A stretch of 62,492 nt of DNA, filler included. It is 9 parts of 9 records of this genome, joined end to end, with 100 filler letters (N's around TTAATTAATTAA, not from the genome) between each part and the next. Parts side by side here need not be neighbours in the genome. Positions count along the whole stretch, not along the records: positions 19,601 to 30,675 come from SRR31156797_78091; positions 30,776 to 36,691 come from SRR31156797_78093; 7 more parts are not named here. One strand, 5' to 3'. Under the pieces are notes generated by a model. The model was not told the DNA's origin. It saw only the letters and a list, made by a program, of their open reading frames with translations, and made no database searches. Shown in pieces: positions 23,934-33,957 of this stretch (position 1 is its first letter; each line of letters opens with the position of its first letter). The translations under genes and the position numbers were made by a program.

Positions 23934-24227
23934 ATGACGGAAAAGCTTTCAGGCGAGGCCCGCCGGACCGCCCTGGCCGGGCTCGACGGCTGGACCGAAA
24001 CGGATGGCCGCGACGCCATAACGAAAACCTTCCGCTTCGACGATTTCGGCCAAGCCTTCGCCTTCATGACGCGGGTCGCCCTGATGGCCGAGCGAATGGA
24101 CCATCATCCGGAATGGTTCAACGTCTATAACCGGGTCGACGTAACGCTGGCCACCCACGACGCCGGCGGCGTGACAAAACGCGACATCGCCCTGGCCGAA
24201 TTCATGGACCGGGCCGCGGCGGGGTAG
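23934..24227 (+). CDS. phhB: Pterin-4-alpha-carbinolamine dehydratase
   Basis: [17 protein letters not shown] and THDAGG motifs. Confidence 0.92.
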   Translation: MTEKLSGEARRTALAGLDGWTETDGRDAITKTFRFDDFGQAFAFMTRVALMAERMDHHPEWFNVYNRVDVTLATHDAGGVTKRDIALAEFMDRAAAG

Positions 24228-25134
24228 CGCCCTTTTTCTCCAGGGCGGCGATCTGCGTCTCGCGCCGGGCCGTATAGAAGGTCGACGTGAAGATGACGAG
24301 GGCGCCGATCGCGGTCCACGCATCGAGGCCCTCGCCGAATGTCAGATAACCGGCAATCGCGGCGAAGATCAGGCGCGAAAAATCGAACGGCATGACGGCC
24401 GTGATATCGGCGGTTTGAACCGCCTTGGCGAAGCTCATCTGGACGCCGACGGCGCCCAATCCGGTCAGGACCAGCAGCGGCCACAGCTCCAGGGATGGCG
24501 TTTCCCAGACGAAAAGAGTCGGGACCAGCATGATCGGCGTCGTCAGCACCGACATGACGAAAACAACGCTGGACGGCGAATCGGTGCGCGACAGGGACTT
24601 TACGGTCAGCCCGACGCCGGCCATGCCGACGGCCGACATCAGGGCCAGAACGGCGCCCGATTCGAACACCCCAATGCCGGGCCGAAGGATGATCAGGGTG
24701 CCGGCAAACCCGACCAGGACGGCGCCCCAGCGTCGGGCCCGCACGGTTTCGCCCAATATCAGCGCCGCCCCGATGGTGACGAACAGGGGCGAGGTGAAGG
24801 TCAGGGCCGTGACGTCGGCCACCGGCAGCACCGCCAGGGCGGTGAACCAGGTCAGCATCGTGAAGGTGCTGAGAAAGGCCCTTAAAAACTGCGGCCACCA
24901 GCGATGCGGCCTGAGCGCCGCCCAGCCCTGGCGAAAGAAGGTCGGCAGCAGGAAAACCAGCAGAAAGAAGGTCCGGAAAAAGCCGATCTCGAAGGGGTGC
25001 AGGCTGGCCGACAGATGGCGCGCCGTCACCGAAACGACGGCGAAGCTGGCGGCGCTGAGCAGCATCCAAAGGGCCCCGCGAACGGGGCCCGGAATGGCCG
25101 AAAACGCGCCGATGAATTTTAGCGGCCCGATCAT
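24202..25134 (-). CDS. DMT/EamA family transporter
   Basis: About 10 TM segments; [23 protein letters not shown] motifs. Confidence 0.88.
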   Translation of the reverse strand: MIGPLKFIGAFSAIPGPVRGALWMLLSAASFAVVSVTARHLSASLHPFEIGFFRTFFLLVFLLPTFFRQGWAALRPHRWWPQFLRAFLSTFTMLTWFTALAVLPVADVTALTFTSPLFVTIGAALILGETVRARRWGAVLVGFAGTLIILRPGIGVFESGAVLALMSAVGMAGVGLTVKSLSRTDSPSSVVFVMSVLTTPIMLVPTLFVWETPSLELWPLLVLTGLGAVGVQMSFAKAVQTADITAVMPFDFSRLIFAAIAGYLTFGEGLDAWTAIGALVIFTSTFYTARRETQIAALEKKGATPPRPGP

Positions 25135-25258
25135 GACCGTAACCTTAGACCCGGCCGCCGGGGGAAACCAGACTTTCCCCGCCGCCCTGGGTTGCAACGA
25201 ATCGCAGGTGCGCCCATACTCCGGCCGCGCGGGTTTTCGCCCGGTCTTGGGAACGTTC

Positions 25259-26179
25259 ATGACGCATTTTCTGCTTTATGCCGGCACGGTTTTCCTGTGG
25301 GGAACAAGCTGGCTCGCCATCAAATACCAACTCGGTATCGTCGCGCCCGAGGTCTCGGTGCTGTACCGATTCGTCGCGGCGGCCGCGATCATGATGGCGC
25401 TTTGCCTGATCACCCGCCGATCGATGCGCTTTACGATCCGCCAGCATTTGTTCATGGCCTTGCAGGGCGGCTGCCTGTTTTCGACCAACTACGTCTTCGT
25501 CTATCTGGCCACCCAGTACCTGACCAGCGGCCTGGTCGCGGTCGCCTTTTCGACCATCACCATCATGACGATCGTCTTCGGAGCGCTTTTTTTCGGCTTT
25601 CCGGTGCGCCCCCGCGTCGTTGTCGGATCGATCGTCGGATTGGGCGGCATCGCCCTTGTGTTCTGGCCGGAACTGGGGGATTTCGACCTTTCGCGCGGCG
25701 GCCCGCTGGGCCTGCTGCTGGCCGTCGCCGGAACGGTGTCGGCGGCCGTCGGCATGCTGATCAGCGCCCGCAACCAGCGCGCCGGCATGCCGGTGCTGCA
25801 GAACAACGCCTTCAGCATGGTCTACGGCATGATCCTGCTGGCGGTTTACTGCAATCTGAAGGGCCTTCCGTTCGATTTCGATACCAGCGCTACCTACATC
25901 GCCTCGCTGCTGTATCTGGCGCTGTTCGCCACCGTCGTCGCGTTCTGGTTCTATCTAACCCTGGTCGGCAGGATCGGGCCGGACAAGGCGGCCTACGCCT
26001 CGGTCCTGTTTCCGATCGTCGCCCTGGCCCTGTCGACGCTGCTGGAAGGCTTCGTCTGGACTTGGCCGGCGGCCGCCGGCGTCGCCCTGGTCCTGGCCGG
26101 CAACGTGTTGATCCTGGCGGCGCCGAAACCGCCGCAAACCGCGGCAAACCCAATGTCTCCCTCAAAATCGGGACAATAA
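25259..26179 (+). CDS. DMT/EamA family transporter, divergent from the previous one
   Basis: LWGTSWLAIK, SVLYRF, RIGPDKAAY, PIVALALS; true start is internal to the 584-aa ORF. Confidence 0.88.
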   Translation: MTHFLLYAGTVFLWGTSWLAIKYQLGIVAPEVSVLYRFVAAAAIMMALCLITRRSMRFTIRQHLFMALQGGCLFSTNYVFVYLATQYLTSGLVAVAFSTITIMTIVFGALFFGFPVRPRVVVGSIVGLGGIALVFWPELGDFDLSRGGPLGLLLAVAGTVSAAVGMLISARNQRAGMPVLQNNAFSMVYGMILLAVYCNLKGLPFDFDTSATYIASLLYLALFATVVAFWFYLTLVGRIGPDKAAYASVLFPIVALALSTLLEGFVWTWPAAAGVALVLAGNVLILAAPKPPQTAANPMSPSKSGQ

Positions 26180-26250
26180 ATCGGCGGTAAAAATTCCGGC
26201 CGTCCCCATATCTGGCGCCACTGCGCAATCGAATGGGGAAATGCAGCGGC

Positions 26251-27486
26251 ATGGTTCGCACGCCCATCATCGCCATCGTCTGCGGCGGGCTGATCCTCAG
26301 CCTGGCCATGGGAATCCGCCAGACCTTCGGCCTTTTCATGGGTCCGGTGACGGTGGACTTGGGCATCGGCCGCGAAACCTTTGCGCTGGCCATGGCCGTT
26401 CAAAACCTGTTGTGGGGGGTTTTTCAGCCCATAACCGGGGCGCTATCGGATCGTTTCGGCGCCGGCCGGGTGATCGCGGCGGGCGGCGTCGTCTACGCGA
26501 TCGGCCTGTATGTCATGTCGGACATGACAAGCGCCGCCGGACTGCATTGGGGCGGCGGCGTCCTGATCGGTCTGGCGATGGCGGCAACCGGCTTTTCGGT
26601 GGTGCTGGGCGCCGTCGCCCGGCGGGTTCCCGAACCGCGCAGGAGCATGGCTTTGGGCCTGGTCAGCGCCGGCGGCTCGTTCGGGCAGTTTGCGATGGCC
26701 CCGGTCGGCCAGGAACTGATCGCGGCACAGGGCTGGCCCGGCGCCTTTTTCGCGATGGGACTGATCGTCCTTCTGATGATACCGCTGGCCCTGGCGGTCG
26801 CCGGAACATCGCGCCAGGAAAGCGACGGCGGGCTCGAAGCGCCGGCCCGGTCCTTGCGCCAGGCGCTTGCCGAGGCACTGAGCCACAAGGGATATCTTTA
26901 TCTGACGATGGGGTTTTTCGTCTGCGGCTTTCAGGTCGTTTTCGTCGCCGTTCATTTGCCGGTCTATCTGGTCGACATCGGGCTGAAGGCATCGACCGGC
27001 GCCACCGCCCTCGCCCTGATCGGCATCTTCAACATCGTCGGCACCTATATCTGCGGGGCTCTGGGCGGGCGGCATTCGAAAAAATGGCTGCTGAGCGGCC
27101 TCTATCTGCTGCGTTCCGGGGTCATTCTGGTCTTTCTGCTGCTGCCGAAAAGCGAAATGTCGGTGCTGCTGTTCGCCTCGGCACTGGGCCTGTTGTGGTT
27201 GGGCACGGTACCGCTGACCAGCGGCCTGGTCGGACAGATTTTCGGCGTTCGCTATCTATCGACCCTTTTCGGCGTCGTCTTTTTCGGTCATCAATTGGGC
27301 AGTTTCCTGGGCGTCTGGCTGGGCGGGTATGTTTTCGACCGGACCGGGTCCTACGATTCGGTCTGGTGGGCCTCGATCCTGTTCGGAGTTCTCGCCGCGA
27401 TCATTCATATGCCGATCGCCGAGGCGCCGGTAATACGTCTCGGCTCATTGACACCATGTGCGCCGCAAGGACGAACAGCAAAATGA
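26251..27486 (+). CDS. MFS transporter
   Basis: Motif A GALSDRFGAGRV; about 12 TM segments; FDRTGSYD. Confidence 0.9.
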   Translation: MVRTPIIAIVCGGLILSLAMGIRQTFGLFMGPVTVDLGIGRETFALAMAVQNLLWGVFQPITGALSDRFGAGRVIAAGGVVYAIGLYVMSDMTSAAGLHWGGGVLIGLAMAATGFSVVLGAVARRVPEPRRSMALGLVSAGGSFGQFAMAPVGQELIAAQGWPGAFFAMGLIVLLMIPLALAVAGTSRQESDGGLEAPARSLRQALAEALSHKGYLYLTMGFFVCGFQVVFVAVHLPVYLVDIGLKASTGATALALIGIFNIVGTYICGALGGRHSKKWLLSGLYLLRSGVILVFLLLPKSEMSVLLFASALGLLWLGTVPLTSGLVGQIFGVRYLSTLFGVVFFGHQLGSFLGVWLGGYVFDRTGSYDSVWWASILFGVLAAIIHMPIAEAPVIRLGSLTPCAPQGRTAK

Positions 27487-27501
27487 TGGGGAGGAAAAAC
27501 C

Positions 27502-27996
27502 TTGTTGGATCATCTGCAAACCATGGCCGCCTACGGCGAATGGGCCAACGCGCATCTCTATGACACGGTCGCCGAACTGTCCGACGCCGACTATCGGGCC
27601 GACCGCGGCGCCTTTTTCGGCTCCATCCATGGCACGCTCAACCACATCCTGGCGGTCGACCGGCTGTGGATCGGACGCCTGGTCGACGAGGATTCCGGAA
27701 TCCGGGCCCTCGACACCGTTCTTTTCGAAACTTTCGCGGACCTTCGTGCTGCCCGAAAGGCCGAGGACAAGCGCATTGTCGAATTCATGGAGTCCCTGCC
27801 ATCCGTAAGGCTGGACGAGGTGCTGAGCTACCACGACACCGGAGGCAAGGCCTGTGCGGCGCCGGTGCGCCGCGTCCTTGCCCACATGTTCAATCATGCC
27901 ACCCACCACAGGGGTCAGGCGCACGGGTTGCTGTCGCAGGTGCCGGTCTATCCGCCGCCACTGGATTTCATCTATTTCGTTCTGGAACGGAGTTGA
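27502..27996 (+). CDS. DinB family protein
   Basis: SIHGTLNHI and HMFNHATHHRGQ metal-binding His triad. Confidence 0.9.
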   Translation: MLDHLQTMAAYGEWANAHLYDTVAELSDADYRADRGAFFGSIHGTLNHILAVDRLWIGRLVDEDSGIRALDTVLFETFADLRAARKAEDKRIVEFMESLPSVRLDEVLSYHDTGGKACAAPVRRVLAHMFNHATHHRGQAHGLLSQVPVYPPPLDFIYFVLERS

Positions 27997-28016
27997 CCGG
28001 AAAGGAACCGGCGTCG

Positions 28017-29309
28017 CTATCCGGAAATCGGAATCGGCGCCGAGGCCAGAAACAGGTTGCCCATACCGTTGAGCGGCCCGTAAACGTTGGCGAATTCGGC
28101 GGCAAAGGCCTGATCGGTCAGTTCCGGGTTCATGGCCTGCAAATCGGCCCGGATATCAGCGATGGTCCGCTTGCCGTCGATGCGTCCCAGGATGGCGGCG
28201 GCGAAACGCGGCATCGGAAAGCGGAACGTCATGCCGTAGATGGAGGCCGAATAGCCGCCCTTGACCGGCGCCCCGGCGCCCAGCGCCGCGACCTCGGCAT
28301 TGCGGAAAAGCGGGATCAGGGTTTCATCCCTGATCTCGGCGATCCACGGCCCCGGATTCGATTGCCGCACCAGATAGAAAACATGCTTCGGGATGGCGCC
28401 TGACAGCAGTTCGGCGAAGGCACAGCGCCTGATCCCGTCCAGGTCCTTAAGCCGCGCGTGTACGGCCGAGTCGTTGATATAGACGACAGGATCGTAGACC
28501 AGTGGCGCGATGAAGCTGGTGATCCGAAAACCGCCCGATTCCGCCAGATCCGCGACCTCGCCGACCCGATAGGCGCGATCCCGGCTGTGCAACAGCAGGT
28601 CGTAAAGGCCGGCATCGCCGCCGTCGATATGGTCCTTGACCATGGGATTGCGGCGCAGCCAGTTGGACGGTGGTAGTTGCGCCAACAGCTTTCGGGCGAT
28701 CGATACCTTCTCTGGCGGCATATCCTCGGGTGCCAGCATGCGCATCATGTCCTGGACCGGATAGACGCCGGTCCGGCCCAGTTCGCCATAGACCATCATG
28801 CCGATGCCGCCGTCGGGCGCCAGCACTTCCGATAGCGCTGCCAGTCCCCGGGCCGGGTCTTCCAGGTGATGCAGAACGCCGCAGCAATCGATGTAGTCGA
28901 AGGGGCCGAGCCCGGAATCGGGCAGATCCAAAATCGACAGGCGCTCAAACCTGACGCTGGTCAGCTTGCGAACCTTGATCCGCGCCTCGGCGATTTCACG
29001 GCTGGCATTGGACAAATCGATATAGGTGATCTCGGCCGGGCAGCCGACGTCGGCCAATTGCTGTGCCAGCTGCACGGTCGCATCGCCGGTGCCGCCGCCG
29101 GCGACCAGCACGCGGAAGGGACGCGTGAAATCGCGCTTGCCGGCGAAGACGAAATGGTTGAGCTCCATCAGATGACTGGGCGATCCGATGCGAAGGCGCG
29201 TTTTTTCGTCCTTCGGATCGACCGCCGGATAGGGATAGGCCTCGTACTGCGCCTGCAGCAGGTCTTCCGATGCCTTTTTGGTCTTTTTGTCACGGGCCAT
29301 AAACGTCAC
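28017..29309 (-). CDS. Class I SAM-dependent methyltransferase with a C-terminal extension
   Basis: QYEAYPYP, VLVAGGGTGD, FDYIDCCGVLHH. Confidence 0.85.
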   Translation of the reverse strand: MTFMARDKKTKKASEDLLQAQYEAYPYPAVDPKDEKTRLRIGSPSHLMELNHFVFAGKRDFTRPFRVLVAGGGTGDATVQLAQQLADVGCPAEITYIDLSNASREIAEARIKVRKLTSVRFERLSILDLPDSGLGPFDYIDCCGVLHHLEDPARGLAALSEVLAPDGGIGMMVYGELGRTGVYPVQDMMRMLAPEDMPPEKVSIARKLLAQLPPSNWLRRNPMVKDHIDGGDAGLYDLLLHSRDRAYRVGEVADLAESGGFRITSFIAPLVYDPVVYINDSAVHARLKDLDGIRRCAFAELLSGAIPKHVFYLVRQSNPGPWIAEIRDETLIPLFRNAEVAALGAGAPVKGGYSASIYGMTFRFPMPRFAAAILGRIDGKRTIADIRADLQAMNPELTDQAFAAEFANVYGPLNGMGNLFLASAPIPISG

Positions 29310-30286
29310 GCCTCCATGTCGATGATGACCTTGCCGGTCGATTGGCGGGACAGCAGGGCGTCCAGCGCCTTGCCCGCTTCGGACAGATCGAAGGTCATCG
29401 ATATGCGCGGCCTGAGCCCACCTTCGGCATGCCAGGCCAACATTTCGTCGATCGATTGCCGGAGCAGGTCCGGCCGGTGTTTTTTATACGATCCCCAATA
29501 GAAGCCCAATACCCCGACATGTTTGACCAGCAGGATGTTGGCTGGGACCTGCGGCACCGTGCCGCTGGCGAAACCGATGATGAGGATACGCCCGTTCCAG
29601 GCGATGCAGCGCATCGAGGCGTCGAAAGCGGCACCGCCGACGGGATCGTAGATCACGTCTGCGCCCTGTCCGTCGGTCAATTCCTTGACCCGGCTGCGCA
29701 CGTCCTCGGTTTCGTAGTTGATCGCATGGTCGGCCCCGTATTCGCCGGCCAGATCGAGCTTGGCGGCCGACCCGGCGGTGGCGATGACGGTGGCGCCCAA
29801 CCGTTTGCCGATTTCGACCGCGGTCAGCCCGACGCCGCCGGCGGCACCGTGAACAAGCAGGGTTTCTCCGGCCCAAAGCCCGGCCCGGTCGGTCAGGGCC
29901 AGGTGCGAGGTGCCGTAAGCAACGGCGAAACCGGCCGCGATCTTCATGTCCATGCCGGCGGGGATTTTCCAAACATATTGGGCTTCGGCCACCGCCTCTT
30001 CGGCATAGGCGCCGCCGTCGACCGAGGCGAGCACCGCATCGCCGGGTTCAAACCCGCTGACGTTATCGGCAACCTCGATGACGGTGCCGGCCAGTTCCAG
30101 CCCGGGACAGCAGGGCAGGGCGGGGCGGCCCTGGTAGCGGCCCTGGATCATCACCGTATCGGCGAAGTTGACACCGGCGGCCAAAACCCGGATGCGCACG
30201 GCGCCGGGGCGCATTTCCGGCGCCGGGATTTCCTCGATACACAGGTTTTCCGGGCCTCCCCATTCGCGGCAAAGTGCGGCACGCAC
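29306..30286 (-). CDS. NADPH:quinone oxidoreductase (zeta-crystallin-like MDR)
   Basis: AAGVNFAD, HGAAGGVG, DVIYDPVGG, GFASG. Confidence 0.92.
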   Translation of the reverse strand: MRAALCREWGGPENLCIEEIPAPEMRPGAVRIRVLAAGVNFADTVMIQGRYQGRPALPCCPGLELAGTVIEVADNVSGFEPGDAVLASVDGGAYAEEAVAEAQYVWKIPAGMDMKIAAGFAVAYGTSHLALTDRAGLWAGETLLVHGAAGGVGLTAVEIGKRLGATVIATAGSAAKLDLAGEYGADHAINYETEDVRSRVKELTDGQGADVIYDPVGGAAFDASMRCIAWNGRILIIGFASGTVPQVPANILLVKHVGVLGFYWGSYKKHRPDLLRQSIDEMLAWHAEGGLRPRISMTFDLSEAGKALDALLSRQSTGKVIIDMEA

Positions 30287-30366
30287 GGCAACCTCCTTGA
30301 TTGTTCGGGCATTTTGTCCAAGGTTAGGCAGAACTTATCACAGATGTATCGCGGGAGAACGACCAG

Positions 30367-30675
30367 GTGCGCGGTTATTTCGGCGTCGGCGTAGAACGAA
30401 TCAGCAAGGCCATGAACATGGGCAGCATCTTCCGCACCGCCCATGCCTTCGGCGCCGGCTTCGTATTCACCGTCGCGGCCAGTTACGAGCAGGCCGAGGG
30501 ACGCCTTGCCGATACCTCGTCGGCGCCCAAGAACATCCCGTTTTATGCCTTCCCCGACCTGGCCTCGATGGTCCTGCCCAGCGATTGCAGCCTGGTCGGC
30601 ATCGAACTGACCGACGAGTCCATCGAACTGCCCAGCTTCCGCCATCCACGCCAGGCCGCCTATGTTTTGGGCCCG
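30367..30675 (+). CDS. TrmH/SpoU family RNA methyltransferase, 5' fragment
   Basis: NMGSIFRTAHAFGA and HPRQAAYVLGP. Confidence 0.85.
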
Positions 30676-30775
30676 NNNNNNNNNNNNNNNNNNNNNNNNN
30701 NNNNNNNNNNNNNNNNNNNTTAATTAATTAANNNNNNNNNNNNNNNNNNNNNNNNNNNNNNNNNNNNNNNNNNNN
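30676..30775. other. Artificial contig spacer
   Basis: N44-ttaattaattaa-N44. Confidence 0.99.
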
Positions 30776-31021
30776 AGTACGGTTTCGGTGAACCCTGAAG
30801 GGATAGACGTGAATTACGGTATACTTTCTCTCAAAAACGACCGCCTTCCCATTACGTCCCCCTGGAAAATAGAGGTTTTGCCATCGGGGCTTCGAAAAAT
30901 GAAGAAGGTTTATCTCATCCGGATCGGGGATCGGAAAAGCATGAAGGTTCGCAAGGGAAAAGGCCTGGAACTTCTTAAGGGAATCGGCGCGACCATTGAT
31001 GAATGCAGGAATCTCTCATAA
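30776..31021 (+). CDS. Hypothetical protein, 3' fragment
   Basis: Frame open from the contig edge to the stop at 31021. Confidence 0.45.
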   Translation, partial: STVSVNPEGIDVNYGILSLKNDRLPITSPWKIEVLPSGLRKMKKVYLIRIGDRKSMKVRKGKGLELLKGIGATIDECRNLS

Positions 31022-31055
31022 ACTAAGGATTAAAGAAATCAGGAGGAATAGACAC

Positions 31056-31961
31056 ATGAACAAACCATTTAAAAAAGTATCGGTGATCGGGACAGGTACT
31101 CTGGGCACGCAAATCGCACTGCTGGCGGGCAACGCCGGATACGCCGTCACCGTTTACGATTTGCGCAAAGGGAGCCTGGGAGAAACCTTCGCCCGCCTTC
31201 GTTCAAGCATCGAAACAAAAGGGATTAAACCCTTTGTCCCCTGGGAACAACTGGAAAAGGTCAAAGGCCTTATTCGGGAAACGACCGATCTTGATGAAGC
31301 GGTTCGGGATTCCGACCTCATCGTGGAAAGCGTCCCGGAGGATTTGAACATTAAGCAGGCAGTGTTTCAGGAACTGGGAGAGAAAGCCCCTCCGGAAACC
31401 ATTTTAGCCACCAACAGCTCTTCCATGCCCGTATCCCTCATGGAAGAAAGCAGCGGAAGGCCTGAAAAATGCCTCAACACCCATTTCTATGTGATACTGG
31501 AAGGGATGAACATGGCCGATGTCATGGGCGGCACAAAGACCACCCCGGAAGTCCTGCAAAAGGGCGTTGACTGGGTTCGATCCATGGGGTGCATTGCACT
31601 GACCGTAAAAAAAGAGTTGCTGGGATTCTGTTTCAACCGGGTCTGGCGGGCCATCAAACGGGAAGGGTTGTGGATGTGGGGAAACGGCTATGTGGATTTC
31701 AGGGATGTGGACCGGGCCTGGATGACCTTCACCAAAATGAAAATGGGCCCTTTCGGCATTATGGACGGCGTGGGGCTGGATGTGGTCCGGGACATTGAAA
31801 CGGTCTACTATAATGAATCAAAGGACCCCAAAGATAAGCCGCCGCAGGCATTGACGGACAAAATTGAACGCGGCGAACTGGGGGTCAAGACCGGCCATGG
31901 ATTCTATACCTATCCGAATCCGGAATTTGCACAGCCGGAATTTCTGGATTCCACAAAATAG
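31056..31961 (+). CDS. 3-hydroxyacyl-CoA dehydrogenase family protein
   Basis: RBS aggagg; GTGTLG Rossmann motif, ESVPEDLNIK, ATNSSS, GFCFNR, GPFGIMD, LGVKTGHGFY. Confidence 0.9.
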   Translation: MNKPFKKVSVIGTGTLGTQIALLAGNAGYAVTVYDLRKGSLGETFARLRSSIETKGIKPFVPWEQLEKVKGLIRETTDLDEAVRDSDLIVESVPEDLNIKQAVFQELGEKAPPETILATNSSSMPVSLMEESSGRPEKCLNTHFYVILEGMNMADVMGGTKTTPEVLQKGVDWVRSMGCIALTVKKELLGFCFNRVWRAIKREGLWMWGNGYVDFRDVDRAWMTFTKMKMGPFGIMDGVGLDVVRDIETVYYNESKDPKDKPPQALTDKIERGELGVKTGHGFYTYPNPEFAQPEFLDSTK

Positions 31962-31976
31962 GAAGGGTGTTTCCGG

Positions 31977-33941
31977 TCACTTATTTCGGATCTCCACCTT
32001 CGATCCTTCCTCGGGTTTAAAATCAAACCCCGGGGCAACCTTCACCAGAGGAGCCTGAAAAGTGACCGAGGCGCCGCTTTCAACGATGATCCCTTCCCCC
32101 AAGGTCAGGGAGGTGATTCCCGTACAGGTGCAGGTGCTGTTAGCCTTAAAAGTGATGTTTTCCAGAAGCCTTTCATCGCCCGAGCAGTCGGGGCACGGGG
32201 CTCTTTCCGGGCCCGTTACCAGCAGGGAACCGTCCCCGAACAGAACCCAGGTCTTGGTGGTCGCCACGTCACTACCGCCGGCTTCGGCGATCTGCAGGTT
32301 GAAGGCGTTGAAAACGATGGAGCCCAGCCGGGTCTTGCCGTGGTCCGTACTGGTCCCTTCTCCGGGGTTGGCGTCATAGTCATACCCGCCCGTGAGAAGG
32401 TCGTTCATATAGTCCTGCCCCCGCATGGGAGGATCCCAGTGCTGGCTGATGGTGGCCATGAGCGCCGATACCGCCCCGCCATCCTGTTTTCTCAGCCAGG
32501 TCTCGGCAAAGCAGGTGCCGCTCTGGTATTCGCCCACATTGCAGGCCACGGAAAAGATAAGCGGCAATTTGCTTCCGTTGGTCAGATTATTGACATCAGC
32601 CGTATCAAAATTCGATGTGGACCACCCGGACATATGGCCATGGCCCACATAATTGATCACGTGGATACCACCGTTGACCGCGTTTTTGACCCCTGAGGCC
32701 GAAGCTCCCGGATCGTATTGTTCATACACGGTGGTATACCCGGCGGGAAGCAGTTTGTCTTCCTTGATAATGTCCATATGTTCATCGTCATCTTCATTGT
32801 CGTCCCCGGGACCTTCATCGGAAGCAATCCCCAGGCCCTTTTTCCACCACGTCCCGCTGGGGGTTGTTTCATATTCAATGACCTTCTCCACCTGGGTTGT
32901 CACGTCAGTAGTATTATTCGCACTGAAACGGGAAATAATGAGATCATAATAATGATCCGACCCTGCCACCAGGCCGAGGGCATTATCCTCGGGGGATCCT
33001 TGATTATCCGTATCACACCGGATGTCCGCCCAGTCCCCCACCAGATGCACATAGAGAAGATCAGGATCGGCATCATAGGCATTCCGGATGGTGTTCCCCG
33101 CATGGGTTCCTTTCGCGACTTCCTGCTCGGTTACCGTAAATCCCTGGGATTCCTTGTGAGCGATGAAAGGCTGGATGGCGTTTTTGTCCCGATCCGTATA
33201 GATGACCAGCATATGGCCGGGGCCGTCATCCAGTTCACCTTCCCACCTGAAATTGGAAAAAAGAGACGCAAGAACCGGTTCATTTTGGGAAAGGATCTTT
33301 AATCGTCGCTGAGGCTGCTGGTTGATGACAATACCTTCCTCCACCGGAACCAGTTCAAATTCAATGGTTTTAAGAATCTTCACCCGTTTTTGAACCGTAT
33401 TCACCAGAACGGGATAAACGGTCACATCGATTCCCCGGACCTCCCGAATCAGAAAGGGTTCACCCGGAACGGCAAATTCACTCCCCGGATAATCGGCATC
33501 CACCATGGCTTTTTTTTCCATTTTATAGGGAACCTTGGCGGGATCCATGGTTCTCAGGATCTGCCCCCTGGAGGGAAGCCAATCCCCTTGAAAGGAGCGC
33601 TCATCAAAGAGCAGCTTTTGAACCACCAGCTTATAATTCCGGTTGTCCCGCAACTGAAACGCCATTTTGAAATAGCCGACTTCGGGAAAACCTTTCTTTT
33701 TCGTGGGCAGACAACTTTCAAACATGACCATCTGGTAGTCTTTATTCTGTTTTTTCGTGCCTTTTACAACAAAAGACCTTTTCGCACTGATCCGAACCAT
33801 AATCCGTCCGTCTCGAACACCTGCGTTCTCTTGAACGGCAACCGCAAAATCCCCGGCACCCCGCCTGCCTCCGGAAAAGGAGGGGGACGAAAAAAGCACT
33901 ATAAAAACAATAATCGGAAAAACCAATCTTTTGTGTTTCAC
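31977..33941 (-). CDS. Secreted C25 (gingipain-like) cysteine peptidase with a propeptide and a short C-terminal domain
   Basis: Signal peptide; YVHLVGD, INYVGHG (His), SVACNVG (Cys), WVLFGDGSL. Confidence 0.88.
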   Translation of the reverse strand: MKHKRLVFPIIVFIVLFSSPSFSGGRRGAGDFAVAVQENAGVRDGRIMVRISAKRSFVVKGTKKQNKDYQMVMFESCLPTKKKGFPEVGYFKMAFQLRDNRNYKLVVQKLLFDERSFQGDWLPSRGQILRTMDPAKVPYKMEKKAMVDADYPGSEFAVPGEPFLIREVRGIDVTVYPVLVNTVQKRVKILKTIEFELVPVEEGIVINQQPQRRLKILSQNEPVLASLFSNFRWEGELDDGPGHMLVIYTDRDKNAIQPFIAHKESQGFTVTEQEVAKGTHAGNTIRNAYDADPDLLYVHLVGDWADIRCDTDNQGSPEDNALGLVAGSDHYYDLIISRFSANNTTDVTTQVEKVIEYETTPSGTWWKKGLGIASDEGPGDDNEDDDEHMDIIKEDKLLPAGYTTVYEQYDPGASASGVKNAVNGGIHVINYVGHGHMSGWSTSNFDTADVNNLTNGSKLPLIFSVACNVGEYQSGTCFAETWLRKQDGGAVSALMATISQHWDPPMRGQDYMNDLLTGGYDYDANPGEGTSTDHGKTRLGSIVFNAFNLQIAEAGGSDVATTKTWVLFGDGSLLVTGPERAPCPDCSGDERLLENITFKANSTCTCTGITSLTLGEGIIVESGASVTFQAPLVKVAPGFDFKPEEGSKVEIRNK

Positions 33942-33957
33942 GGCAATATCCTGAAAA

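Noticed and set aside
24425-26179. 584-aa ORF read as a novel fusion protein
   Set aside because: The N-terminal half is the antisense of the neighbouring DMT gene; the real gene starts at 25259
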